A stretch of DNA of 64,000 bases from an uncultured Kiritimatiellota bacterium. GTDB lineage: Bacteria; Verrucomicrobiota; Kiritimatiellia; RFP12; DVOR01. Location: assembly GCA_944389545.1 (NCBI GenBank), contig CALXMT010000002.1, positions 108,645-172,644 on the forward strand. The letters are read 5' to 3'. The notes under the pieces are model-generated. The model saw only the letters and a list, made by a program, of their open reading frames with translations, was not told the DNA's origin and searched no databases. The translations under genes were made by a program, and so were the position numbers. Shown here in pieces: positions 1 through 9,707 of the stretch. Position 1 is the first letter of the stretch; every line of letters starts with the position of its first letter.

Positions 1-698
1 CAGACAGTGGCGGGGGTGAGGCAACCCCAGCGATGTTGGAAGTCGAGGCGGACAGGGGCGTTTGCGTGGCGGAAGCCGCCATCGTGGGCGACGGCGAGAA
101 ACTCGAGGTCAAAGGCGAAGCGTTTGACGAGGAGGCGCGGGGCGGCGTAACGGAGGACCTCGGCGCGGACCAGCTTCATGCCGCACTGAGTGTCGGAGAC
201 GGGCAGGCGCAGGAGCGCACGGACCAGCCCGGCATAGAGGGCGGAGGCAATCCTGCGGCGCAGGGGATAGCGGACCTGGGATTGGGGGTGGCGTTTGTCG
301 CCAAGGACAAGGTCGGTGCCGGAGGCGTGGGCGACGTCCGCGAAGGCCGGGAGAGCGGCGGGGTCGAGGTCAAGGTCGCCGTCAAGGAGGAGCACCCAGG
401 GGTGGCTGACCCGCTCGAGGCCGGCGAGCAACGCGGCCCCCTTGCCGGCGTTGGCGGGGAGGAGGACCGGCAGGACGGCGGGGAGCCTCTCCGCGGCCCG
501 GCGCAGGGCCTCCGCCGTACCATCGGCGCTGCCGTCATCGACGGCGATGATGCGATAGGGGAAGCCGTGGGGGCGGAGGAGCGCGTCGAGGCGGGCGAGG
601 TTGGCTTCGGCGCGGTCGGCGAGGTTGTGGAAGGGCAAAACAACAGAAAGGCCCTCGGCGAAGAGGGCCTCGGCGTTTGTCCAATCCGTGAGGTTCAC
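1..698 (-). CDS. family-2 glycosyltransferase (dolichyl-phosphate mannosyltransferase-like); GTG start ~698, 3' end beyond window
   Basis: Minus-strand frame reads ...FPYRIIAVDDGSADGT...LLLDGDLDLDP...QCGMKL... (GT2 DxD architecture). Antisense to the listed 33..1283 ORF. Not in ORF track because the stop lies outside the window. Confidence 0.5.
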   Translation of the reverse strand, partial: MNLTDWTNAEALFAEGLSVVLPFHNLADRAEANLARLDALLRPHGFPYRIIAVDDGSADGTAEALRRAAERLPAVLPVLLPANAGKGAALLAGLERVSHPWVLLLDGDLDLDPAALPAFADVAHASGTDLVLGDKRHPQSQVRYPLRRRIASALYAGLVRALLRLPVSDTQCGMKLVRAEVLRYAAPRLLVKRFAFDLEFLAVAHDGGFRHANAPVRLDFQHRWGCLTPATV

Positions 699-704
699 GG
701 CGCC

Positions 705-1133
705 TTAGGGATCCAGGTTGGTGAGGGTGACGCCGTCGTCCATGTTGATGGAGCGGTAGTAGCAGTTGCGGGGCTTGCCGTCTTTGTTCTTGGTGTGGCA
801 GATGGCGCCTCGACGGGGACGGACGAAGTAGACGAGGGAGTTCTGCTCGCAGTTAACGCGGGCCTCGAGGACCTCGAAGGACTCGCCGGAGGTCTTGCCC
901 TTCTCCCAGAGCACGTTGCGGGAGGTGGACCAGAGGGTCAGGGTGCGGGTCTTGAAGGTGAGCTCCATGGCCTGACGGTTGGTGTAGGCGATGAGGATGA
1001 CCTCCTTGGTGTCGATGTCCTGAACGGCCACGGGGATGACGTTGTCCTTGTCCTCGTGGATGTTGGCGGCGACCTTGGCGATCTTGGTGAAGTCGAGGTT
1101 GAGGGTGAGGCCCTCTTCGAGTTCGTGGCTCAT
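705..1133 (-). CDS. hisI: phosphoribosyl-AMP cyclohydrolase
   Basis: 142 aa; VIPVAVQDIDTKEVILIAYTNRQAMELTFKTRTLTLWSTSRNVLWEKG matches the HisI core. Confidence 0.8.
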   Translation of the reverse strand: MSHELEEGLTLNLDFTKIAKVAANIHEDKDNVIPVAVQDIDTKEVILIAYTNRQAMELTFKTRTLTLWSTSRNVLWEKGKTSGESFEVLEARVNCEQNSLVYFVRPRRGAICHTKNKDGKPRNCYYRSINMDDGVTLTNLDP

Positions 1134-1147
1134 GGCGGTCCTTTCGG

Positions 1148-1747
1148 TTACTTGGCGGCAGGGAGGCCGGTCTTGGCGGGCGGGGCGAGTTCTTCGCCGT
1201 CCTTGGCGGTATCCGCCTTCGGGGGGATGCCGCCGCAGAGGACGATGATGCGGTCGGTGATGTCGCAGTCGGGCTTCACGTAAGGGACGGCGTCCTTGTA
1301 GAGGACGACGTCGTAGCCCTTCTTCTCGGCCTCGGCCTTGATGTGGGCCTGGATTTCATCGGTGGTGCGCTTGATGAAGCGGCGCTCCATCTCGGAGAGG
1401 GTGCGGGAACGCTCGGCCATCTGGGCCTCGGCGCGCTGGGCGGCCTCCTGGAGGGCGCGGTCCTGCTGGGCGGCCTTCTGGCGGAGCTCCTCGGCCTTGG
1501 CGGCGGCGAGCATGGGGTTCTGCGCGTCCTTGATGGTCTGGTCGCGCTCACCGGCCAGGCGCTCGAGCTCCACGCGGAGGGCGTCGCGCTCCTTGGAGTA
1601 GTCGGCGAGGGTGGCCTCGAGGGTCTTCTGGTCGTTGGGGGTGTTGGGATGGTTGGCGAGGACGCGCTCCATGTCCACCACGGCGATGGATTGGGCGAGG
1701 AGGGCGCAGGGGAGGGCGAAGGCGAGTGCCAGGAGGGTGGTTTTCAT
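1148..1747 (-). CDS. skp: periplasmic chaperone Skp/OmpH (start at internal MKTTLLALAF; upstream part of listed ORF overlaps bamA and is not coding)
   Basis: Signal peptide followed by a long charged coiled coil (EELRQKAAQQDRALQEAAQRAEAQ...). Sits immediately downstream of bamA, the classic bamA-skp arrangement. Confidence 0.7.
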   Translation of the reverse strand: MKTTLLALAFALPCALLAQSIAVVDMERVLANHPNTPNDQKTLEATLADYSKERDALRVELERLAGERDQTIKDAQNPMLAAAKAEELRQKAAQQDRALQEAAQRAEAQMAERSRTLSEMERRFIKRTTDEIQAHIKAEAEKKGYDVVLYKDAVPYVKPDCDITDRIIVLCGGIPPKADTAKDGEELAPPAKTGLPAAK

Positions 1748-1760
1748 GGTGTCCTTTCGA

Positions 1761-4127
1761 TTAGTCGATGCCGATCCAGAAGGTGAAGGTCTCTTCCTCG
1801 GTGTCGTCGTCGTTGACGATGGGCTTGGCGAAGTCGAGGCGGATGGGGAAGCCCGGGAGGTTGAGGCGCAGGCCGCAACCGGCGGACCACAGGAGGTCAC
1901 CGCCGATGTCGAAGAAGTCCTCGCCCACGGAACCGATATCGGTGAAGACGGCGAAGGAGACGGCGGAGGCGAGCGGGATGGAGTATTCCAGCGTGCCGCA
2001 CCAGAGGGTCTGGCCGCCCACAGGGACGACGCCGGAACCCCTGGCCTTGGGGCCGCCCTCGCGGAACTCGAAGCCGCGGACGGTGCGGCCGCCGCCGATG
2101 AAGAAGCGGTCGAACATCGGCACATCGCCGCTGTAGGCCTCGATGGTGTCGAAGCGGAAGCGGGCCATCAGCACGTGGTCCTTCCAAGGATTGAAGTACT
2201 TGGTGACGTTGAAGCCCAGACCATAGTCCTTGGCGTCGCCGCCGAGACCGACCTCAACATAGGCGAGGCTGTTCCAACCTGCGGTGGGGAAGAGCGGGCG
2301 GTCGCGGTGGTCTTCCTGCCAGAAGAAGCGGAGCTTGCTGTTGATGCCGTCGTCCTGGTCGGTGAAGCGGAAGGGCGAGCCGTCCTTCATGTACCACGTG
2401 CCCTCGTCGGGGTCATCGTACTCCACCTTCTCGAAGGTGTAACGGATGCCGATGCGGTCGAGCTGCAGGTCGCCCCACGGGGTCTCGATGGGGACGGGCT
2501 TCCACGCGAGGGTGAAGGCCGCACCCGTGCGGATTTCGTCGTAGTAGTCGCGCCAGCGCATGCGGCGGTAACCATCGACGGTGAAGGAGAGCGGCATGTC
2601 GAAGAGCCAGGGCTGCGTCCAGCTGAGCAGGACGGACTGGCGGCGGCCGCCGAGTTCGGCCTCGGCGGTGGCGCGCTGACCGCCGCCGCGGAAGCCGTTG
2701 CCGGGGTTGAAGAGGTCGAAGTTGCGCTGGGTGGCCTTGCCGTAGACGAAGAAGCTGTCGACGGTGCTCACGCCGATGCCCAGACTGGTGTCGAGCGTGC
2801 GGCTCTCACGCACCTCGAAGACCAAATCGCGCTCGCCCTTGTTGGGCGTCTTGATGGTGTAGGAGGTGACGCCGCTCTCGGGCTGGAAGTAGTTGAGGTT
2901 GCGGATGCGGGCCTCGGAGCGCTTGACCAGACGGCTGTCGTAGTCCTCGCCGGGCTGGATGGCGAGCTCGCGGCGGATGACCTTGTCCTGCGTGATGGAG
3001 TTGCCGCGGATCTGGATGTCGCGGATGCGGACGCGCTCGCCCTCGGAGAGGTGATAGGTGATGTCCACGACGGGCTCGTCCGCGCGCGCCACCATCACGG
3101 GATTGGCGAAGGTGTCCACGTAACCGCGCGAGCCGTAGTAGTCCTCGACGGCGGCGCGCACGGCGGCGAGGGTGGCGGCGGTGGCCACCTTGCCGTCCGG
3201 CGCGGTCTCGAGGGCGTTCTTGGCGGCGGCCTCGAGGGCTGCTTTGGGATAGAGCGTCGCGCCTTCCACGACGATGTTGCCGACGGTGTAGCGCGGGCCT
3301 TCGTTGACCTTGAAGATGGCGTCGCATTCGCCGGGGTCGTCGTCGGGACGCTGGCGGAGCTCGGGGAAGGAGATCTCGGCGTCCAGATAACCGGCGTCGG
3401 TGTAGACGGCGTTGGCGGCGGCGCGGGCGTCGTCGAGCTTGGCGTCGGAGAGCGGGAAGTCGGAGAACCAGCTGAGCGGGTTCCAGATGGGCATCCAGCC
3501 GAAGGCCTTGGCCAGCGTGTCGTTGTCAAAGGCCGTGTTCCCCTCGAAGATGTAGTCGTGGATGTCGCGCTCGTTGCCGGGCTCCACCGAGAAGGAGAGG
3601 AAGGCGTAGCCGGGGACATCGGCGTGGCGGATTTCGTAGGTCACCTTGGCGTCGACGTAGCCGTCCTCGGCGAGTTTGTCGCGCAGGCGGCCCGCGGCGG
3701 CGGCGGCGATGGCGTCATCCACGCGGTCGTCGCGCCCCAGTTCCACAGCCTCCTCTGCGGTGCTCTCGCGGATGGCGCCGTCCAGGCCCGAGATGGCCGG
3801 GGCCTCCGCCAGCTGCGGACGGCGGCTGACGGTGTAGACGATGACCCAGTTGCCGTCCTTGTCCTGGCCGATGGCCGCCTCCGCCTTGGCGTAGTTGGGC
3901 GTGGCGAGGAGGGCCTTGACGTCGGCGCTGATGGCGGCCTGCACGTCGGCCTGTTCGGCGGTCATGCCCTTGGTCACCGAGCACATGTCCAGGACCGCTT
4001 CGGTGGGGTCGATGCCGAAGGAGTCGTCGGCGCGCACGCGCACGTCGCTTACGGTCACGCGCGCCGCCTGCGCCGTGGAGGCCAGGCCGAGCATCAAGCA
4101 GAGGGCTAGGGGAAGGATTCGGTTCAC
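1761..4127 (-). CDS. bamA: outer membrane protein assembly factor BamA (Omp85)
   Basis: 788 aa with signal peptide, POTRA-like repeats and a C-terminal beta-barrel ending ...FTFWIGIDF. Confidence 0.85.
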   Translation of the reverse strand: MNRILPLALCLMLGLASTAQAARVTVSDVRVRADDSFGIDPTEAVLDMCSVTKGMTAEQADVQAAISADVKALLATPNYAKAEAAIGQDKDGNWVIVYTVSRRPQLAEAPAISGLDGAIRESTAEEAVELGRDDRVDDAIAAAAAGRLRDKLAEDGYVDAKVTYEIRHADVPGYAFLSFSVEPGNERDIHDYIFEGNTAFDNDTLAKAFGWMPIWNPLSWFSDFPLSDAKLDDARAAANAVYTDAGYLDAEISFPELRQRPDDDPGECDAIFKVNEGPRYTVGNIVVEGATLYPKAALEAAAKNALETAPDGKVATAATLAAVRAAVEDYYGSRGYVDTFANPVMVARADEPVVDITYHLSEGERVRIRDIQIRGNSITQDKVIRRELAIQPGEDYDSRLVKRSEARIRNLNYFQPESGVTSYTIKTPNKGERDLVFEVRESRTLDTSLGIGVSTVDSFFVYGKATQRNFDLFNPGNGFRGGGQRATAEAELGGRRQSVLLSWTQPWLFDMPLSFTVDGYRRMRWRDYYDEIRTGAAFTLAWKPVPIETPWGDLQLDRIGIRYTFEKVEYDDPDEGTWYMKDGSPFRFTDQDDGINSKLRFFWQEDHRDRPLFPTAGWNSLAYVEVGLGGDAKDYGLGFNVTKYFNPWKDHVLMARFRFDTIEAYSGDVPMFDRFFIGGGRTVRGFEFREGGPKARGSGVVPVGGQTLWCGTLEYSIPLASAVSFAVFTDIGSVGEDFFDIGGDLLWSAGCGLRLNLPGFPIRLDFAKPIVNDDDTEEETFTFWIGID

Positions 4128-4142
4128 TGGGTCTCGCTTTCC

Positions 4143-5636
4143 TTATTGCACCGGCTCCATGTCGCCGGACATCATGTCGGGGTTGGTTTCGATGCGGTCC
4201 TTGAAACGCGTCGTGGCGCCGTCGAAGTTCAGGCGCACCTCGCCGGTGGCGCCGTTGCGGTTCTTCGACACGTCCACAATGGCCAGGAGACGGTCATCGT
4301 GCTCCGGCACGCGGCTGCTCATGAAGCTGGGCCGCCGCAACAACAAAATCACGTCCGCGTCCTGCTCGATGGCGCCGGAGTCACGCAGGTCGGAGTTCTT
4401 GGGCTTCTCGTCGCCGCCGCGCTGCTCCGGGTTACGCGACAGCTGGGAGAGGACGATGACGGGCACGTTCAGTTCCTTGGCCATCGCCTTGATCTCGCCC
4501 GAAATCTTCGCCACCATCACCTGCTGCCCCTGCTGGGCGAACTCGCGGTAGGAGAGCAATTGCAGGTAGTCGATAACGATGAGTTCCACGGGGTTGCGTT
4601 TATGGGCGTGACGCGCACGGGCACGCAGTTCCATCACGTCCAGACCGCCCTGGTCATCGCAGAGGATCGGCGTCTCCTGGAGTTCCTTCGCGGCGGATTT
4701 CAGGAGCGGCAAGACCACGTCCTTCTTGACGAACTGCCCCTTCTCCACCTCGCGCGCAGAGACCCCCGCGATACCGCAAAGCATACGCGTGGTCAGCTGC
4801 ATTTGCGGCATTTCCAACGAGAAGACCAAGACCGTGCGCTTCTTCACCCTGCCGTCTTCCGAGGGGAAGGGCCGTCCCATGATGTCGCGGCCGCGCGCCA
4901 CGCACTCGGCGATGTTCATTGCCAGCGACGTCTTGCCCATGGAAGGACGCGCCGCCAAAACAATCATTTCGCCCCGGTGCAACCCGCGCAGTTGGTTGTC
5001 CAACGCCTTGAAGCCCGTCGGGATACCGGAGAGTTCGCCGGGGTGCTCCAGTTGACGCGTCAGCATGGAGAGCGTCTCGTCCACCGAGGTTCGCCAATCC
5101 ACACTGGAGCCACTCTTGGTGCGCCCCTCGCCGATGCCCAGGATGGTCTGCTCGGCCATGCCCAGCACGTAGTCCGCGGACTGTGAGGCATCGTAGACAT
5201 TCGCCTCCACCTCGCGCACCGCGCCCAGGATGCAACGGCGCAGATACTGCTCCATCACCAGCTCGGCATAGTAACTCGCGTGCGCGCTGGTCGGGGTCCG
5301 CTCCATCAGCTCCGTGAGCGCCCGCAGACCGCCCACCGCGTCCAAGTCGCCCGTCCCCTTGAGGAAGTTCGACACCGTGATGCCGTCGACCGGCTGCCCC
5401 TTCGAGGCCAACCGCGTGATGGCGGCATAGATGCTGCGATGGGTCGGATCGACAAAAGCCTCCGCCACCAAACCCTTTGTGGAGCAGATGTCCAACACCC
5501 GCACCGGATCCAAGAGAATCGAACCCAACAACCCCTGCTCGGCCTCAATATCCTGCGGCAATTCACGGCGCAACGGCGCCTCCCCCGCCATCTCGGACAG
5601 GGGCATCTGCATCTCCACTCGCTTTTTTCTAGGCAT
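4143..5636 (-). CDS. dnaB: replicative DNA helicase DnaB
   Basis: N-terminal IEAEQGLLGSILLDP, Walker A ARPSMGKTSLAMNIA, and RecA-like C-terminal ...IVIDYLQLL...SQLSR. Confidence 0.9.
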   Translation of the reverse strand: MPRKKRVEMQMPLSEMAGEAPLRRELPQDIEAEQGLLGSILLDPVRVLDICSTKGLVAEAFVDPTHRSIYAAITRLASKGQPVDGITVSNFLKGTGDLDAVGGLRALTELMERTPTSAHASYYAELVMEQYLRRCILGAVREVEANVYDASQSADYVLGMAEQTILGIGEGRTKSGSSVDWRTSVDETLSMLTRQLEHPGELSGIPTGFKALDNQLRGLHRGEMIVLAARPSMGKTSLAMNIAECVARGRDIMGRPFPSEDGRVKKRTVLVFSLEMPQMQLTTRMLCGIAGVSAREVEKGQFVKKDVVLPLLKSAAKELQETPILCDDQGGLDVMELRARARHAHKRNPVELIVIDYLQLLSYREFAQQGQQVMVAKISGEIKAMAKELNVPVIVLSQLSRNPEQRGGDEKPKNSDLRDSGAIEQDADVILLLRRPSFMSSRVPEHDDRLLAIVDVSKNRNGATGEVRLNFDGATTRFKDRIETNPDMMSGDMEPVQ

Positions 5637-5697
5637 TGTCTACTTCTTGGGCACGTCTCGGAAAATCAGCCCTATAGTTTACCAAAACGTCCCCCTC

Positions 5698-6055
5698 CTG
5701 TCCGTTAGTTTTCCGCAAAGCAATAACGCTTGGGAGAATGGGGACCGAATGGGGACCGCAAAGACGCAATAATGGGCGCGAACCGCTTCGGGCGCCATCG
5801 GTCGCTCTGCGGCTTCGCCGCTGACCGCGACCGCCGCCCTCCGTTTCGCGCCTTGAAGTAAGGAAAGTTGGGAGTAGGGTGAAGCCGCTCCATAAAAGTG
5901 AACATCTAAACTCCCTATCATCCCTTTTGAGCGCCCCTTCAGGGGCGCGATAGCGTGGAAATCCCAAGGGCGGCGCAACCAACGGGAGCGATGGAGCCCG
6001 CCGGGTTTCCAAGCCAAACCGTCTTCGGGCAAAACTTTCCTGGACACTCTTCGGT
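5698..6055. mobile_element. MITE-like non-coding repeat element copy 1 (reverse orientation relative to copy at 52462..52795; left TIR degenerate)
   Basis: ~85-90% identical over >300 bp to the reverse complement of 52462..52795. Ends carry ...GGACCGCAAAGACGCAA... and ...TTCCTGGACACTC (TIR-like). Small ORFs on it are artefacts. Confidence 0.6.
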
Positions 6056-6336
6056 CCTATTGCCTAAACAAAATCATACATTCAGTTGTCAAAGAGCAGC
6101 GCGTGAATGCTTGGTGAACGCACCACGCACCTTTGCCAAAGACCGTCATTCGTCCTCTCTAAATCAATGACAATCCTCTTGCCCAACGCAAGATACGCCA
6201 TCTTCCAGACCTGTCATTTGGTAACGAGATTTGAGGCGCACACCCTATCTCTTATCGGTCTAATAGCGTACTGCTCTACAATAGATATGCGCCATTCAAC
6301 CATTGGTGAACGGCGCACTTGCGGATGTGTTTACTG

Positions 6337-7206
6337 TCACAGCGCGGTAAAACAGTGAGACTCTAAGCAAAAGGCGTCAACATCCGATTTGAGGCTCTTG
6401 GCCGAGCAAGCGTTGTCCGTGTACAAGAAGAATGGGAGTGTTCCCTCATCTACCGTTTGCACGGGGCAAAGGTGCAACGCGGAAGCTTGCCGCTCTTTGG
6501 AAGAAGCACCAAGCGCATGGGCATTCGAGTTGGAGGGGTGAAGGTCTTTCTTCCTTCGCAACTCTTTCAGTTGGTCAGCCAAAAACGCTTGTGCGGACCC
6601 ACTCTCCATCTTACCTTCATAGAGGAAGATTTTGCGTGACCGCAATGTTCTCGCCCAGTCGCGGAAAGCTTGGGCCGTAGGCAATGCGCTCGGTTCCGCG
6701 AGCCTACCGAATCCGCGCGTGGCGCGGAGACCAAGCGCACCAACCCAAACGAAGGCTTGAACCGTCTCTTCTACTTGATCCCATAGGTTTGTCGGCACTG
6801 GGCGTACGGCTCGAATCTTGAGCGTGAACGTGCTTCCTGCGCCGATGTAATGTCCCTCTGTTGTACGGTAAACATTCTGCTTGTTGCCGGAGACCCGCGC
6901 GAAATACCCGATATAGCCCATCGGCGTGTCGTTGGGCAATGAGACAGCCCGCTGGTTGTTGACGATGTTGGTGTCTTCCACTCGCACGGCAATTGCCGAA
7001 GCGACGGCCCTAGATTCACCGTGGACACCGCCGAACAACACCTTTTCCTCTTCACGGACATCGCGATTTCCAGCCAAGACGCGGAACCACCAACGCAACG
7101 CTCCGCGGATGGAGGGCGCACGGATTTCAGGTTTGTTCTGGTCTGCCCCTGCAAGGAAGGTCGACGTGATGAAGGTCAGTTTTTTGGTGATTTCCTGTTC
7201 GTTCAT
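6337..7206 (-). CDS. cmr1: type III-B CRISPR RAMP subunit Cmr1
   Basis: 289 aa; KPEIRAPSIRGALRWWFRVLAG (Cmr1 RxxxRGxxRxW motif) and a glycine-rich loop GALGLRATRGFGRL. Last gene of the cmr operon. Confidence 0.7.
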   Translation of the reverse strand: MNEQEITKKLTFITSTFLAGADQNKPEIRAPSIRGALRWWFRVLAGNRDVREEEKVLFGGVHGESRAVASAIAVRVEDTNIVNNQRAVSLPNDTPMGYIGYFARVSGNKQNVYRTTEGHYIGAGSTFTLKIRAVRPVPTNLWDQVEETVQAFVWVGALGLRATRGFGRLAEPSALPTAQAFRDWARTLRSRKIFLYEGKMESGSAQAFLADQLKELRRKKDLHPSNSNAHALGASSKERQASALHLCPVQTVDEGTLPFFLYTDNACSAKSLKSDVDAFCLESHCFTAL

Positions 7207-8531
7207 GCTTGGCCTCCTTGCTTGGCTTTCATGGCCTCACGGATTGCCTTTTGTGCATCGCCGGGGAATCCTTTCACGCCATTGCGAATCTTGGCGTAGA
7301 CTTGCGCAGGAAGCGACCCGGCCTCCGAGAAGAGGGAGAGCATGGCTTCTCGACGTTCCGTGTTCGCCTTCAAGAATCCCTTGGCATCGTTAAGGATGCG
7401 TTTTTCGCTGTTCCAGGAGCGGCGCAGGATATCGACGGCGGATTCCTTAGGTAGGGCATTGTTGCACTTGGCTTTGAACTCGCGTAAGCGTTGGTTAATC
7501 GACTCATCTGCCTTTAAGGTTTCCGCTTCGGCCATCAGCGTTTCAGCCTGGCATTGCAGAGTGTGCGCGGTTTCGGGGGTAGGGGCCTCTTCCAAGAGCA
7601 TATTGACTGCCGTCCGGAGTGCGTCCAGACGGGCTCGGACTTGTTTGGCGGCAAGTACCTTTTCTCGCAACGCCTCGCGCTCTTGCGTGACGTTCTTGAA
7701 CCAACCGTAACCGGCGGCGGTTTTGGCGCCGGCGCCGTTCACGGTGATGGCCTCGATGAGCCACCGCTTGGCATCCGCCATGTTCGTTTCTTTGCAGTTA
7801 CGCAGGGGGACGAGAGGGAAGCAGAAGGTCACACCCGACTGGACAACAGGGAAGGCCTGGACATTGGGGTTCTCATCGTCCGTCGCTTGTGGCTTCTTTT
7901 CACCGTAATAGTCTTTGTGGTGGCAGGTGAGCACGTCGACTTCCAGATTCGCCTTGCCATCCGGGAAAGCACCCAAGAAGGCGACGCACCCGGCGTGATC
8001 TTGAACCTTTTTCCCTTCTTTCTCCCACATGGCCTTCAATTCCGCGTCCAATCCATCTTTGTCGTTGGTGGGATAGCCAAAGACCGTGGCGATGCGTTGG
8101 GCGATGGCCTTTTTCGTCTCGCCTTCTTCAGTCTTATTCCACTCGCACCAGGCTGCGTGGCGGGCGATGCCCTTCACCGCGCTCCCGGGCAGGTAGGGAT
8201 AGCCGAAGTGTGGGTGCAGGCAGATGTTCGCGTTCTCCAAGATGCCGCCGGCCAGGTTCACGGTCAGACGGCTCTGCAACTGTCCCCAGACACATTCAGC
8301 GCCTTTCGGCACGTCGTCCAAAAACGGTGTCTCCCCATACTTTTCCTGACACGCGCAGACCGCCTTCAATTCCTCCTGCTTGTTCCCACCTTCGCCGCCG
8401 ACCGTCACGAACTTCGTCAGGCGCAGCGATGGATTTTCGCATACGCGCTCGACGTCGCGCACGTTTTCCGGTGCACACCACCACGTCTTGGCCTTATCTC
8501 CCATCGCCATCCTCCTTACTGTTCTTTGCAA
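7203..8531 (-). CDS. cmr6: Cmr6 (Cas7-family RAMP) with ~150-aa C-terminal coiled-coil extension
   Basis: PYLPGSAVKGIARHAAW (Cas7 GSxxKG motif) and G-rich loop AKTAAGYGWF. C-terminal LREKVLAAKQVRARLDALRT...KAKQGGQA is extra relative to typical ~300-aa Cmr6. Confidence 0.65.
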   Translation of the reverse strand: MQRTVRRMAMGDKAKTWWCAPENVRDVERVCENPSLRLTKFVTVGGEGGNKQEELKAVCACQEKYGETPFLDDVPKGAECVWGQLQSRLTVNLAGGILENANICLHPHFGYPYLPGSAVKGIARHAAWCEWNKTEEGETKKAIAQRIATVFGYPTNDKDGLDAELKAMWEKEGKKVQDHAGCVAFLGAFPDGKANLEVDVLTCHHKDYYGEKKPQATDDENPNVQAFPVVQSGVTFCFPLVPLRNCKETNMADAKRWLIEAITVNGAGAKTAAGYGWFKNVTQEREALREKVLAAKQVRARLDALRTAVNMLLEEAPTPETAHTLQCQAETLMAEAETLKADESINQRLREFKAKCNNALPKESAVDILRRSWNSEKRILNDAKGFLKANTERREAMLSLFSEAGSLPAQVYAKIRNGVKGFPGDAQKAIREAMKAKQGGQA

Positions 8532-8904
8532 AACGGCGGAAGAAGGTCAGATAGGCCAGCACTTCTGCGGTGGTGACGCGCAACTGCATGGAGTCGGCTT
8601 TGGTCAACTCCTCGAACCACGTTGCCACATCCGTGGCTTTTCGCGCCGTCGCGTCATTGATGGCGGGGTCTTTCAAGTGGCGGAGGACGGCTTCGAAGAC
8701 TGCACGGTGTCCCTTCTTGTTGTCATCCGACAGCGCGAAGGCCATCGCGCCCAACAAGCCATGCATCACCACCATGCCGGGCACCTTCTTGGCGACGTCG
8801 CCGCCATCTTTGGCCTCAAACGTCTGGTCCTTGGACGCGGCGTAGGCGTTGAGCGCGCGGACTTGGTCGAGGCTTCTTTTGACTGCGGAGAGCGAAGCGA
8901 TCAT
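8494..8904 (-). CDS. cmr5: Cmr5 (Cas11 small subunit); start at internal MIASLS
   Basis: ~136 aa, all-helical small protein between cmr4 and cmr6. Its start abuts the cmr4 stop. Confidence 0.6.
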   Translation of the reverse strand: MIASLSAVKRSLDQVRALNAYAASKDQTFEAKDGGDVAKKVPGMVVMHGLLGAMAFALSDDNKKGHRAVFEAVLRHLKDPAINDATARKATDVATWFEELTKADSMQLRVTTAEVLAYLTFFRRFAKNSKEDGDGR

Positions 8905-9707
8905 TGCGCGTCCTCCTTGCAAGTGATGGTGCACCAACCGAGGCCCGTCGTGGCGTCTGCGCCGACTTGGAGCAGGTTATTTTCCTTCGTCAGTTGCTCT
9001 TGCAACTGCGTCAAGAGGGCGGGTTCATCGGCCATCAATTGCCCCACGAAGAGCGTTTCGGAGGGGACGTTCTCCTGCGCGAAGAGCGCACCGTTCGCGA
9101 CGGTACCGGTCGTGTCATCGATACGGTTGTGGTAGGCGATTTCGCAAGCGTTCTGCGCGAAGTGGGGCAGCACCGTGTCCGAGACCACGACCAGGCGGTT
9201 GTCCAAGGAACCCTGCCACAGCGTGTGCCCACAGAGCGGCTTCAAGGCGGCTTTCAGGTTTTCCGGCAAGTCTCCGGTGCGTTTCAGACGATACTCTTCC
9301 AACACCACATCGTTCTCAATGGCGACCAACCCTTCCGGCGCGAGCACGGCGTCTTCGCCCACTGCTGGGCAGTCAATGCCGAGCCGCGCCAAGGTCAGGG
9401 GCGAGGTCAACCACGCGAATCCACCCTTGGCCGAGCGCACGGGGAAGGCTACTAACCGAGCCTCGCCCACCAAAATCTTGCCGCGTCCGTTTTGTTCCCC
9501 AAAGAGCAAGTTTTGCGTCTGGGGATCGGTAAACAGGTCGCGCAACACGCCCTTCAGCGCAGAGCCGGGCACGGTCGGGAAGCCGGTGGCACGCTCGCGC
9601 AGGACGGGCAAGTCCACCACGCCCACAGAACTGCCACATCCCACATGGAGCGGCGTGCGCGTGAACAACGAAAAGGTCAGCGTCTTCATCTCAGTCTCCT
9701 CAATCAA
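8901..9707 (-). CDS. cmr4: Cmr4 (Cas7 backbone subunit)
   Basis: MKTLTFSLFTRTPLHVGCG...FPTVPGSALKGVLRDLF (Cmr4 signature) and G-rich loop GADATTGLGWC. Confidence 0.75.
   Translation of the reverse strand: MIEETEMKTLTFSLFTRTPLHVGCGSSVGVVDLPVLRERATGFPTVPGSALKGVLRDLFTDPQTQNLLFGEQNGRGKILVGEARLVAFPVRSAKGGFAWLTSPLTLARLGIDCPAVGEDAVLAPEGLVAIENDVVLEEYRLKRTGDLPENLKAALKPLCGHTLWQGSLDNRLVVVSDTVLPHFAQNACEIAYHNRIDDTTGTVANGALFAQENVPSETLFVGQLMADEPALLTQLQEQLTKENNLLQVGADATTGLGWCTITCKEDAQ

Noticed and set aside
33-1283. 416-aa plus-strand ORF with low-complexity G/A/E/V-rich translation
   Set aside because: Antisense to real minus-strand genes (GT2 and hisI); repetitive composition is a typical high-GC antisense artefact.
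1611-4109. 832-aa plus-strand ORF
   Set aside because: Exactly antisense to bamA; the low-complexity Gly/Ala/Glu/Val translation has no motifs.
5640-6337. Looked for cas6 or cas1/cas2 downstream of cmr1 and upstream of the array leader (16400-17095)
   Set aside because: Only repeat-derived small ORFs are present; no Cas6 G-rich loop/His motif and no Cas1/Cas2-sized ORFs were found.
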